Under the pieces are notes generated by a model. It ran no database searches. It worked only from the letters and a program-made list of their open reading frames with translations, and was not told the DNA's origin. Shown piece after piece: positions 38,495 to 50,542 of a stretch of DNA of 64,000 nt (the first letter of the stretch is position 1; each line of letters starts with the position of its first letter). The stretch lies in assembly GCA_951406725.2 (NCBI GenBank), contig OX597815.1:29574001-29638000 (forward strand), read 5' to 3'. The translations under genes were made by a program, and so were the position numbers. The stretch comes from Octopus vulgaris. Taxonomy: Eukaryota.

Positions 38495-39665
38495 ATGGGA
38501 AACCGAGTGTCGTAGGTTTGGAAACCAAATGAGTGTAAATCCTCCAGGGACATGACATAAATACAAAGCAAGGGATTATTGCTGTTATAATAATATCATA
38601 CTGATTTATTAAAAATAGAGCTTTATTTAAAACCTGTGTTTTCCCTCTGGTGGGGAATTTTTCATCTAAGGGAAGAGAATCTCTTCTCGGTTAGACAAAG
38701 TTGAAGAACCTGCATATTTAACTTTTAATTAATTAAAAAAAAGTTCTTTACACAAAGTATTATAGAATAAAGTACCTGATTTTTCTTGTTGGTACAGTAC
38801 TATTCGAGTGTGATCGTTATCTGCGTCGCCTTACTAGCACCTGTGTTGGTGGCATGTGAAAAATATTCGAAGCGAGGTCGTTGCCAGTGCTGCTGGATTG
38901 GCTCCCATGCAGGTGGCACATAAAAAGCACCCTCGTGCTGGTGGCATGTAAAACCACCCACTACACTCTTGGAGTGGTTGGCGTTAGGAAAGGCATCCAG
39001 CTGTAGAAACTCTGCCAGATCAGATTGGAGTCGGGTGCAACCATCTGGATCGCCAGATCACAGTCAACTCGTCCAACCCATGCTAGTATGGAAAGCGGAT
39101 GTTAAACGATGATGATGATGATGATAAGCTAAATTTAACATTGTATGAAGTTTCATGAGAAAAGAGAGAAGATAGATTATAGAAGATAGTTTATAGGTTA
39201 AAAACATATTTCATCTTTTGTTTTTTTTTTTCCTTCATCGCAAATCGTTAACTGATCAGCAGTAGAGAAAAGAGAAATCTCTTACATACAGATAAAATAT
39301 TTCCAGGGCAGTTCTGCCTTGCAAAAGAAGTTCCTTGTGTAGTCACAGCTTTTCATTTGATAATTATGAGCATCTGTAAACTTTTTTAGTTTGTGTGATC
39401 ATTGATGTCTGACTAGTAAATGATCAACTGTTATGCAGAATAAAGAAAGAAAAAAATTTCTTGGTGCCAAAATGTCTGATACCAAATAGGTTTTGTGCTA
39501 AATCACTTTTACCAAATTGCTGGAGAGAGGAGATAAGTTCAGAGAGAAGCTGTATCCGAAAAAAGATGAGTCTGAGGGTGAATAAAAGAGAATAAGAAAA
39601 ATGAGAGTGAATCCATAATCGTTAGTCCTATAAAAAATATTTTGTCAGACTAACGATTATGGATT

Positions 39666-39817
39666 GCACACACACACACACACACGTGTGTGTGTGATTA
39701 AATATATATTATATGAATATGTATGTATATATATGTGCGTGCATGTGTGTACGTATATATATTTACACAAACATATGTACATACATATATCAATATAAAT
39801 GTTTGTGTGTATGTATG

Positions 39818-39864
<47 letters not shown>

Positions 39865-39890
39865 ATATCTATCTATCTATCTATCTATCT
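39666..39890. repeat. (CA)n, TA-rich and (TCTA)n microsatellites
   Basis: Direct inspection. Confidence 0.9.
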
Positions 39891-41764
39891 CATCATCGGC
39901 ATTAACTTGTATCCAAGTAATTAATCTGTAGCAAGTGATTCAGTTTCTTCATCCTGATGGGTGCCAGTGCCTGAGGTGACTGTTCAGATCTGAAGTGGTG
40001 TGATAACATTCATTAATCTCAGCTTACCTGTGATGGAGGAACTGGATGCAGCCCTAACATGGGTAGCTGGCTGGGAGCCTTTGATTGTCTTCCTGCTAGC
40101 AGAAGGTCAAAATTAGGTAACATACTTTTGGGGACCATTGGATGTAGGGAGGCCACCTGCATAGATGTCTGTACCAGTAGTACCACACAACATGAAAAAT
40201 TGAAATATTGTCACTTTGTGCAGGAAGAGAGAGGGCAGTGACAATTACAGCAGCAGCAGATGAGTGTCTTTTCTGGGCCTTGTTGGTGATGGTAGTAGTT
40301 CTTCACTCCTTTGATCATAGGTAGACTGCAGAAGGGTCACTGAAGTGGTGAGCTATAAGTCTCATGGCTGTTTTGGGTCAGAAAATTGCAAGGAGGATGT
40401 AGAGAGTGGAGACAGCCACTCTATACCATTTCACTTAACTTCGCAGAGGCCTTTTACTTTGTGGGTAGAAGTGGTCAGTTTGGCATTCTTTCCAGGATTA
40501 GTCATTCTTCGGAGTAGATTGGGATTGTTAAGGCATTCAACACGGTGAATGTGATGGTTCATATTTGGAGTATTTTGGTACTTGTAATGAAATGGGGAGG
40601 GGCACTGGCCTTTCACATGTCCTATTTGACATCTTCTTAGCTGTTGTGCTGAATAATAATGCCTTTTGAGATTGGCTGATGGCATTTACCTTCACTAGCA
40701 TTCTGACCGGAGGCTGCTTGGTCTGTACCAATTGGGGTTGAAAGCCAAAGTGCACTGGCTGCTCATCAAGGACGTGCTGTTTATGGATGATTGGTGAAAG
40801 CAACACACCCAGGGGTAGTGACTGCAGTGCCTTATTGACGATCTTGTAAGGGCATGCCAGAACTTCAACTTAACCATCAGTTTGGTAGGAACGAAATTCT
40901 TGGGCTGGAGTGTTGGGTGCTCACCTGCCGCTACCTTCAATGGCTGCCATTGCCTTAGGGCTCAGCTGTTGTTACCTTTAATGGGCTGGGAGGGATCTGC
41001 ATATTCGCATATCTCTACCCCACCATTGCAGGAAGCTTCTCTCTGGAATCTGGCATCGTGGGATGTGTTGAAGGGGTGGTCTTGGAGTTTGATGAGCTGG
41101 CTGGGCTGGTAGAGAAAATTCTGGTATAGAGGTGGGCTTTGATGCATGTGTAGGTTGTGGTCTGCAGGGCTTTCATCCATGGCACTTGCTTTGCGGTGTC
41201 TGTTCTTTCATGGGTGATACCTAGTTGCCCTCAACCTGCGCCACCTGGAACATGTACTGGGTGTCAGATGAACTCATCGGGTCACTTGTATTGGGGTGCT
41301 CAACCCATTCATGTTACAAAGGTGACTGTATGGTTTGAATTCCATGCCAAGCAGGGAGATTTTGAGGACCGCTGTTGTTGGGAGTTTGGGCTTTGGCATA
41401 GTATTTGTTTTCACTTTCAAAACACTGAGATCAAATTCTGCTGAGGTCAAGTATAACCTTAGTCATTTTGGGGTTCGATAAGAAGCATCAATCTAGAGCA
41501 GAGGACAGGAGAAATATCAAACTAGACGCCTTGTAATATTAATTTCAGCCCTTCGTCTTCTCAGTTCAAATCCCACAGTAATCTACTTGGGTGGTAGACC
41601 TTAATCCATAGCCTGGCAGCTTGAGTGCGTTTATTAGGGTCACATCTTCATTTTGAGGAAATATTCCTCCCACCCAGCCACACCAGTCTCCGTGGTTCTG
41701 TAAAATAACTAATTTTTTATGATTTGCGGTTTGGAACATATCTTGAAAGACTACAGGAATTTAA

Positions 41765-42062
41765 CATACATACACATGCATGCACATACACACACATACG
41801 TACATACATATGTACGGACATATATACATACGTACGTACGTATATACATGCATACATACGGACACATACATACATCCGTACACACACAAACATACACACA
41901 GATACACACATGTATACATACATACGTACACACGCATACACACATGCCTACACACATTTATAATACACACATTCATAATACATACACACATACATGCATA
42001 CATACGTACGTACGTACATACATACATACATACATACATACATACACACATACATACATATA
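41765..42062. repeat. Compound (TACA/CGTA/CA)n microsatellite
   Basis: Direct inspection; source of many spurious ORFs. Confidence 0.9.
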
Positions 42063-42351
42063 GTTTAATGCAGAAATCAGTCTTTCAGATCCAAAGATCT
42101 ATGCATCAGTAGCTTCCCTATCTCTTTAAAAATCAAAGAGAAAGCAAACAACTATTAGCAACTGCTTTGACACCTTCAGCTTCTTTATCCAGATTATAAA
42201 TTTACGTTTATATCAATAATCATTGGTGCACTTGGTTTTGTGAGTAAATGCCTGACAGTCTGGATAAGCTTGAATTTTCAGAAAAGAAAATCAACCTTAC
42301 AAATACAATCTTTAAGTGGAACAGTAAAAATTTGCAAGACTTCCCAAGAAA

Positions 42352-42418
<67 letters not shown>

Positions 42419-42684
42419 CATGTATGTATGTATATATATATATATATATACATATATCATCATTGTTTAACATCCGCTTTCCATGCTAGCATGGGTTGGA
42501 CGATTCGACTGAGGACTGGTGAACCAGATGGCTGCACCAGGCTCCAGTCTTGATCTGGCAGAGTTTCTACAGCTGGATGCCCTTCCTAACGCCAACCACT
42601 CCGAGAGTGTTGTGGGTGCTTTTACGTGCAACCAGCACGAGGGCCAGTCAGGCAGTACTGGCAATGGCCACGATATATATATAT

Positions 42685-43487
42685 ATAGTGAGAATTTACA
42701 AAAAAACAAAAGATGAAAACAGGTGTGTAAACAACAAACGTATTACGTATTAGTTTAACGCTTGGGAAATGAGACATTTTTTATGTTTCGAGCCTACACT
42801 CTTTGACAGAATGGTACACAGAAATAAAGAGAGAGAGAAAATAAAAAGGTTTAGTAGCTAGTGATCTATCGTGGTGAATGCCAGACAGAGGGGTCACACA
42901 GGAGAGCTAGGAAGAAGGGGAGATAATAAAGTAGTGGTGATCCCAAAATGAAGGTGAGTGTGGATGTGTATGTGCTTTGCGGAAGAGGGCTGGCGACCTT
43001 GACATGTGCATGTGTGCAGGTGCAGGTTTGTGGATGATGGTGTGGGTGCTGGGAAGTGGTCAGTGCTAGTGTGTGTGGGGTGGTGTGATGTGGTGTGGTA
43101 TGGTGGTGTGTGGTGTGGTGGTGTAGTGTGGTGGTGTTGGGGTGTGGGGGAGGTGAGTGTGGGGTCTAAGGAATGGGGCGGGGCTGTGATGGGATGTATA
43201 GGGATGGTGGGGTTGGAATGTGTAGGGGTGGGGTAACGAGGGAGGGGTGACGATGAAGGGAGAGGGTGGAAGGAAGATGGTAGGAGTGAAGAGAGGAAGT
43301 AGGTGTCAGAGCAAGAGAGGAGAGGTGGATGGAAGTAGGTGTGAGAGGAAGAGAGGAGAGAGGAGGAGGGTTAGATGAAGAGGGGAGGAGAGTTGAGCTC
43401 ATGTGGCGCAAAGGAACGAAGAGAGAAGATTGAATCTTGTTCACGGCGAAGACGGGAGTCCAGATGGCCCCTGTGCAAGGACAATCC
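42685..43487 (-). mobile_element. Penelope-like element 3' fragment (GIY-YIG C-terminus, C-rich spacer, pLTR-like end)
   Basis: Minus-strand GLSLHRGHLDSRLRREQDSIFSLRSFAPHELN matches the R..E...IF.L....P.GLN ending of PLE endonucleases; decayed hammerhead at 42780-42811; ends at (TA)n. Confidence 0.75.
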
Positions 43488-44522
43488 ATGCATACATACA
43501 TATACAATACATACATATATAATATATACATACATGCACATACATATATACATGCATACATACATTTGTATTCGGTACAGTACAGCACCTATATCATTGA
43601 CAGGCCGAAAATGGGAGAGTAAGTGGCCCTTTCCGTCTGTTGACTGGGGTGGAACCTTTGGCAAGTGCTAGAAATCCCTTAGCTTTCTGTGCCAGGACGC
43701 GGTAAAGAGAGGTCAGCAGTAGGGAGTTGGATAACCGACAAGGCGAAGGAGCCCTAGACCAACGGCTTGAAGGTTATTGTGGCAAAGCGCAGGATCTATA
43801 CCACCCGTCAACGATTGTGCGTCAACTGGCAAGCTACTAGCAAGCAACGAGCTGCTACTGTGGGGCAGCCACATCGTCGATCATGCTCGTTGCACTCTTC
43901 TATACTACTTGATACTTGGCGTGGAGGCCCGGAGAGGCAGTGTGATGGTGGTGACGACTGCCTTACTCACCGTCCAAAAGCGTTTTGTACACAGAACAGA
44001 ACAGTCAATGTTGACCTGCAATGGACGGACCGTCGACGACGAAATATATTGCATATACTAAGCTAGAAAGGATTGGGTGATCCAGGCGTTTACTTAACGA
44101 AGTACTCACACGATCGGCGGTTAACAAACAGAAAATCCGTGAGGTTTACTTCCGTCGTAGAGTATAAATGATATCAAGTCATTAGTGGAATTAGTGGTAT
44201 TACATTTACTCCATGGTTTACAATTGTTTCAACAACGTGCAGCTGACCAGTCATACATCATGTCTATAGACATGGATGATTACGACGATTTTGTCGTATA
44301 TATTATGTTACGTGTATTACAAAATGGCACCTGGAGTTATTTCATTTGAACCCATTGGAGAAGATAACAAATGAAGCAATTTGGTGGCTCCATTTAAATA
44401 AGAAAAGCTCAGCTTTTAATTAAAAAAAAGAAGTGCTAAAATTCAGAATGTCAACAAGAAGAAGGGTGCCGGTCGCTTGTATTTGTTGATATTATGAACA
44501 GGCTGTTATTACTTTATTCTTA

Positions 44523-44681
44523 GTAGGAGTGGTTGTGTGGTAAGTAGCTTGCTTACCAACCACATGGTTCCGGGTTCATTCCCACTACGTGACACCTTGG
44601 GTAAGTGTCTTCTACTATAGCCTCGGGCCGACCAAAGCCTTGTGAGGGGATTTGGTAGACGGAAACTGAAAGAAGCCCGTC

Positions 44682-44747
<66 letters not shown>

Positions 44748-44956
44748 ATGTATGTTTGTGTGTCTGTGTTTGTCTCCCCAACATCGCTTGACAACCGATG
44801 CTGATGTGTTTACGTCCCCGTAACTTAGCGGTTCGGCAAAAGAAACCGATAGAATAAGTACTAGGCTAACAAAGAATAAGTCCTGGGGTCGATTTGCTCG
44901 ACTAAAGGCGGTGCTCCAGCATGGCCGCAGTCAAATGACTGAAACAAATAAAAGAA
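44523..44956 (+). mobile_element. Full-length CORE-like tRNA SINE with internal (TA)n
   Basis: A box tggttgtgtgg, B box ggttcattcc, caccttgggtaagtgtcttc, 3' catggccgcagtcaaatgactgaaac. Confidence 0.88.
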
Positions 44957-45047
44957 GTAGCTTTGTGTCTGCCTTTGTCTGCCTCTTTAAATATTTAAGT
45001 ATCAAGTTAAAATGGTTTTATCTAAGCGACAAGCATATCGTGTAAGT

Positions 45048-45324
45048 CAGTCGTTCTCAATCGGGGGTCCATATGGTCCCTGGGGATCCGTATAAGACTT
45101 TTTGAGATCTACACAAACAAAATAGAAAATTGGGAACTCATAGTAATATATTAAGTGTCCATGAAAAAAATTTTGCTTTAGATTTATCTATTGCCAGAAA
45201 GAGTCAGGTTTCTTTCTCTAACGTTTTACATTGTTCGACCTCCATAAGTTAATGTTTGAAAAACAAAATAGGAATTTTGAAAAAAAGATGTTCATAAGTA
45301 AAAAAAAATAGTTGAGAAGCGCTG
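45048..45324. mobile_element. hAT-type MITE
   Basis: cagtcgttctcaa...ttgagaagcgctg; 8 bp flanks gtgtaagt / gtctaagc. Confidence 0.75.
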
Positions 45325-45450
45325 GTCTAAGCGATTTATTACTTCTCTCTATATACGTGCATTTATAAAGCTAGATAGATTAGGTCAAACATACTTATAC
45401 ACGCGATACACTAATATATATATATATATATATATGCATATATACATATG

Positions 45451-45545
45451 AGAGGGAAACCACTATGTGGACACCCTTATGCTAGAAATAGATCCGCTAT
45501 GGATCTATTTCTTGCATAAGGGTGTCCACATAGTGGTTTCCCTCT
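45451..45545. repeat. 45 bp-arm palindrome (1 mismatch, 5 nt loop)
   Basis: agagggaaaccactatgtggacacccttatgctagaaatagatcc gctat ggatctatttcttgcataagggtgtccacatagtggtttccctct. Confidence 0.95.
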
Positions 45546-45675
45546 AATATGTATATAATACAATTTTACTGAACCTTCAGTTTTTTTATATGCTAGACCA
45601 CTGGTGTGAAATCCATGTTAATTAAATTAATATCTAATTTCTCACCCTCATTTTAAATTCACACACACACACACG

Positions 45676-45707
<32 letters not shown>

Positions 45708-45715
45708 CACACATA

Positions 45716-46312
45716 CAGGGTGTCCACAAAGCCTGGGTACATGGAGTAAATAAAATCAAAATATAAACAATTAGATATAAGAAATAATAATTTTCCTTTT
45801 TTTACTTTTGTTTAAATTAAATAAAAAAGTACTTTACTTTTCTAAATTTATTTATGTTATTTTTTCTACCCAGATCGAAAGATGGCTCTGTCTAAAGAAG
45901 AGAGAATCGAGGTAGTACTCTTAAGTGGAGGAGAGGGATGGTCTTATCGCAAAATTGCGGAAGAATTTAATTTTCGACATCCTTATAAGCAACCTATTTA
46001 TTTTACTGCCGTCGGGAAATTGATCGAGAAGTTTAAAGAAACAGGCAGTGTTTTGGATAAAACCCCGTTTCGGGCTACCAAAGACTTCAGATGAAACGAA
46101 AGAGGCTGTCATGACCAAGGTTTCTGCTAGCCCAAAGAAATCACTTTGTCGGACATCCACGGTGTTAGGGTGTTCCAAAATCAACCATCCACAAAATCCT
46201 GGTTAAGGAAAAGTTTCATCCATGCAAGCTACAGATATTGCATCACTTAAATGAAGACGACCCTGATAGACGAATGCAGATGTGAAAAGGGTTTTCAGAT
46301 AAATTGAATGTC
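45716..46312 (+). mobile_element. Tc1/mariner 5' fragment, frameshifted transposase N-terminus
   Basis: TA|cagggtgtccacaaag start; MALSKEERIEVV...KFKETGSVLDK, then SPKKS and HPCKLQILHHLNEDDPDRR in other frames. Confidence 0.85.
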
Positions 46313-46697
46313 TAATGGTACCTACATATAGATACACACACACATCATTCTATATACATACGTATATACACGCGTACGTAAATATACAGTCTTTCTCATA
46401 AATACAAACACCTATTTACGTGTTTCTACAATCGGTACAAATGCTTACAGATATTTCCGTGTGCATGTGGGCATTCAATTGTTTAAGCGGAGCGGCCAAA
46501 TCATTCTACATGTTATCTTCTCCAAACGGTTCTTAGTGTATGACTACTAGTTCTGTAATACACATTACACAATATGCATGACTAAATCGTCGTTATCGTC
46601 CATGTCCATAGAAATGATGTGTGATTGGTCACCTGCAAGTTGTTGAAACAATTGTAAACCATGGAGTAGGTTAATACCTTAAACTTTACTCTTCACT

Positions 46698-46787
46698 TAT
46701 CTATCTATCTATCTATCCATCCATCTACCCACCCATCCATCCATCCATCTATCTATCTATCTATCTATCTGTCAATCTACCCTTCAC

Positions 46788-46854
<67 letters not shown>

Positions 46855-46875
46855 AACACACACACACACACACCC
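46698..46875. repeat. (TCTA)n/(CCAT)n/(CA)n microsatellites
   Basis: Direct inspection. Confidence 0.9.
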
Positions 46876-48294
46876 CATACCCACACACGTTTATGTACAG
46901 GAATGGCTGTGTAGCTGAGAAGTTAATTCCTCAACCACATGATTTCGTAGTAACTCTCACTCTGTAGAATTTTAGGCTACTATTGTTCTGGGCCAACGAA
47001 ACTCTTGTTAATTGAAAGATGGTCCCGGTCTTACGCACGCGTTCGTGCCCCCCTCCTTCGTATATTTGAATATCTACCATAGTTTCTTTTTTAAAAAAAA
47101 GTTACCTTTATATTTCATCTAGTTTTGAAATGTTGACTTAAGTTTATAATAAACGCATTTATATTGTATTTAATTTATTACCGTGTTCTGATCTACACAA
47201 TTATTTAGAGTAACATGATGTTTTAAAAGGATAAGTTTAGAGAAGTGTTTTGTCAATTTTGACAACTATTCAATTTCACAGAGTTACAGTGTATGGTATC
47301 AAATGCATGTTTATTCAAAAAGTAATACTTTTGGTTCTATGCGTATGTGTGCCTCAGCCTTCTGCAAGTAATAGCAAGGACAAGAACATGATCAATGAGA
47401 ATCAGTGATGTCTTTTGACAGTGATTCATTCTCCCGAATTTTCATTTTCTAAATTAGATTTTGCTTTTTCTAATTCTTTCTGAAGTTCTTTACTGAGTTT
47501 GTCTTTTGCAATTTTATCACCTTTGGTTTCTGAAAATAAATTTTTAAATAAACAAAAAGTTAGTTTCCATGTTTTAGGTGAGTAATTTTTCTTTTCTTTT
47601 TATTTTAAGCAAAATCAAACAAGTATGTTGAAAAATTGTCAATTTGCACAGTTATTTTGGTTGAAGAATTTCTATGATTGTGAATAATTGCTCCACGTGT
47701 ATTGATTATCTTGGCACTTTTATTGATGATACTACTGTTTTTTTTTTTGTTCAGGGAAGTTTAAGTTTCTAAAAGACTGAGCCAAAATGGTAAATGGATA
47801 AGGTAGGCCTTGAGTTCAAATCCACAAAAAATAAATTGCTATGCATTTTTGTAGTGCAATTAATTCTAAACATGTCACTTATACAAGATGATGGATATGC
47901 AAATGGTTTTTTGATTTTGCTAATGAAGTCACGTGAGAGAAACTGGTATTGTAACCAAAAGATGATTTGCGTCTCATTCACCTGAGAGAAACTGGTCCAC
48001 ATAATTCTATTAGACATTTACTGACATTATTTTCGAATATTTAGACAATCTGTCTTCGTCATGTTAGGAAGAGACACATCTTTGTCACAAAGGGAAGGAC
48101 AGAACAAGAAGAACAGAGTGGAGACAGAGAGGGGGGGAGTAAGGAGAAAGAAAGGAAAAAGAAAAAGTAAAAGAGAGAAGAAAGAGTATGAGAAAAATTA
48201 TTCGAACAAAAAGAGTGGATGCCAACTATAAATTATTGTTCTAAGAAAAAAATCATTTATACTATAATTTCTTTGTCAGTGATAAAATTAGGTT

Positions 48295-48550
48295 TTATAT
48301 CACCTTGATCACCTTGACCGACCAGACTTTTGGGTGTCGTTTCCACGCCGCTGGTCACAGCACGCCATCCATTCCTCTCTGGATCGTGCCTTCCTAATCC
48401 ACGTAGCTCCAAACACTTGTATTTCATCAATCCACCGTTTTGGAGGCCTTCCTCTCGGCATCTTCCGCTCGTGCGGACACCACTCGACAACTGTGCAAGT
48501 CCACCGATTGTCGGTGAACCGAGCGACGTGCCCAGCCCATCTGAAGTTTT
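48295..48550 (-). mobile_element. LINE (RTE-like) 3' end fragment
   Basis: Minus-strand remnants RWAGHVAR and GRPPKRW, then gatcaaggtga terminal repeat. Confidence 0.65.
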
Positions 48551-48789
48551 GCCTTCTGTATTCGCTTTTATATAATGAGTTACAAAGTTAAGGTGAATAG
48601 AAAGTTATCTAACATTGGCACAAACCCACATTTTTTTTGGGGATGTGGAAGGGCAATATCAATTAAATCAACCCTAGTACTGTTGACTTCGGTAGAATGG
48701 AAGGTTAGGTTGGCTGCTAAAGGATTTGGATTCTGATTACAATAGGTGTAGCAAAGTATGACAAGATATTTTCATCATTACTCTACAAA

Positions 48790-48941
48790 TTCTACATTAT
48801 TTACATTTGACGGATATTTGTCCTCATCTTGTTTGTTGTTAACACAACGTTTCGGCTAATATACCCTCCAGCCTTCATCAGGTGTCTTGGGGTAATTTCG
48901 AACCTGGGTTCTCATTCGTAAGGTATTTTTCGATGTTGCTG

Positions 48942-49013
<72 letters not shown>

Positions 49014-49099
49014 TCACTGCCTGGAATCGAACTTGGTATCTTGGGGTTAGAAGCCCGCGCTCTTAACCACTACGCCATATGGCATATGGTGTAGTGGTT
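48790..49099 (-). mobile_element. tRNA-headed short element carrying a hammerhead ribozyme
   Basis: A box TGGCGTAGTGG (49067-49077), B box GTTCGATTCC (49023-49032), (AAT)n, then hammerhead; 16 bp inverted duplication of the 5' end. Confidence 0.75.
48841..48886 (-). ncRNA. Minimal type I hammerhead ribozyme
   Basis: GACAC CUGAUGA A GGCUGG agggUAUA UUAGCC GAA ACGU U GUGUU: intact core, stems I and II pair, palindromic ACGU stem III. Confidence 0.8.
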
Positions 49100-49351
49100 T
49101 TTCTTCTTCTTCTTCTTCTTCTTCTTCTTCTTCTTTATTATTCTTAATCTGCATGTTTGTTACAATCACCTGTTGAGACACAACCAGTGTCCCAGGGCGA
49201 GTGAAGGATAAGAGATGATACAGTATTAGAGAAAGCTTGGGGAGGAGAAATGGGAGGGGCAGTCGCGAAATATCTTCATGTAATACAACACAGACATTTA
49301 AACTGATAGGATTTTCCTAAGGATGTGGACAATACCTGTCAGCACAATCTT

Positions 49352-49383
<32 letters not shown>

Positions 49384-49751
49384 GGCCTGATTTTCTCGCT
49401 AACTTTCTGCAGATCTCCATAAAGTAATTCGTTTGTCATATGTTGCTGCCATTTCACATTTGAGGTCATTCGTAGCATGCTTGCGTAGCAGCCATATAGC
49501 CGGTTTGATAGTTTCTTCGTCAGTATTCATGTTTCACTGCCATATATTAGAAACATCAGTTGCCAAAATTGGACTGCATACAAACGTCAAGAAAAACCGA
49601 GTTACATGTCTTTCAACTAATCAAGTAATGCTGAACTGTTTGCTTTGTGCAGTTCCAAGTTGAATGTTGAAGAACTTCAAGTACTTAGGTGGTTAGATGA
49701 GTACTTAGGAAGCAGCCGCCAAGATCAAGAAGGTAGAAGCATGGACAACCT

Positions 49752-50188
49752 ATTTCTTTACTACTCACAAGGGGTTAAACACAGAGGGGACATACAAGGA
49801 CAGACGAACGGATTAAGTCGATTACATCGACCCCAGTGCGTAACTGGTACTTAATTTATCGACCCCGAAAGGATGAAAGGTAAAGTCGACCTCGGCGGAA
49901 TTTGAACTCACAACGTAAAGGCAGACGAAATACCGCTAAGCATTTCGTCCGGCGTGCTAACGATTCTTATTTCTTTATTGCCCACAAGGGGCTAAACATA
50001 GAGGGGACAAACAAGGGGATTAAATCGATTACATCGACCCAGTGCGTAACTGGTACTTAATTTATCGACCCCGAAAGGATGAAAGGTAAAGTCGACCGCG
50101 GCGGAATTTGAACTCAGAACGTAACGGCAGACGAAAAACCGCTAAGCATTTCGTCCGGCGTGCTAACGATTCTGCCAGCTCGCCGCCT
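49752..50188 (-). mobile_element. Dimeric Nin/Deu-domain SINE with TSD
   Basis: agcatggacaacct on both sides; CpG-rich. Confidence 0.9.
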
Positions 50189-50542
50189 TCTAGCATGGAC
50201 AACCTGTCACAAACTAAAGAAGGTCTGGAACTCCAAATTACCCAGGCGAATCACGGAGAGGGTGCTACGCGCATAAATATAAAGGTTTTTTTATATATAT
50301 CTAGATAAAAAGTAAGTTATTTTAAAGCAAAACTTTAAGATCTAAGATTATTCATTCTTTGCTAGATAAGATTGTCTTGTTTAAGATGAAAAATTACCTG
50401 AGAGAGTTTCTTCTATAACGGCATTGATTTCTTCGTTAGAAAGATCACTTATTACAGCCAACTGCATTAAAAATGATTGCTTCTGTTCCTGGAATCAAGT
50501 TTTCAGAAATAATACATCCTTTATTCTCTGTGTGTCTAAATC

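Noticed and set aside
43040-43390. G-rich tract as a dedicated G-quadruplex regulatory element
   Set aside because: Explained as the low-complexity spacer of the Penelope fragment on the opposite strand.
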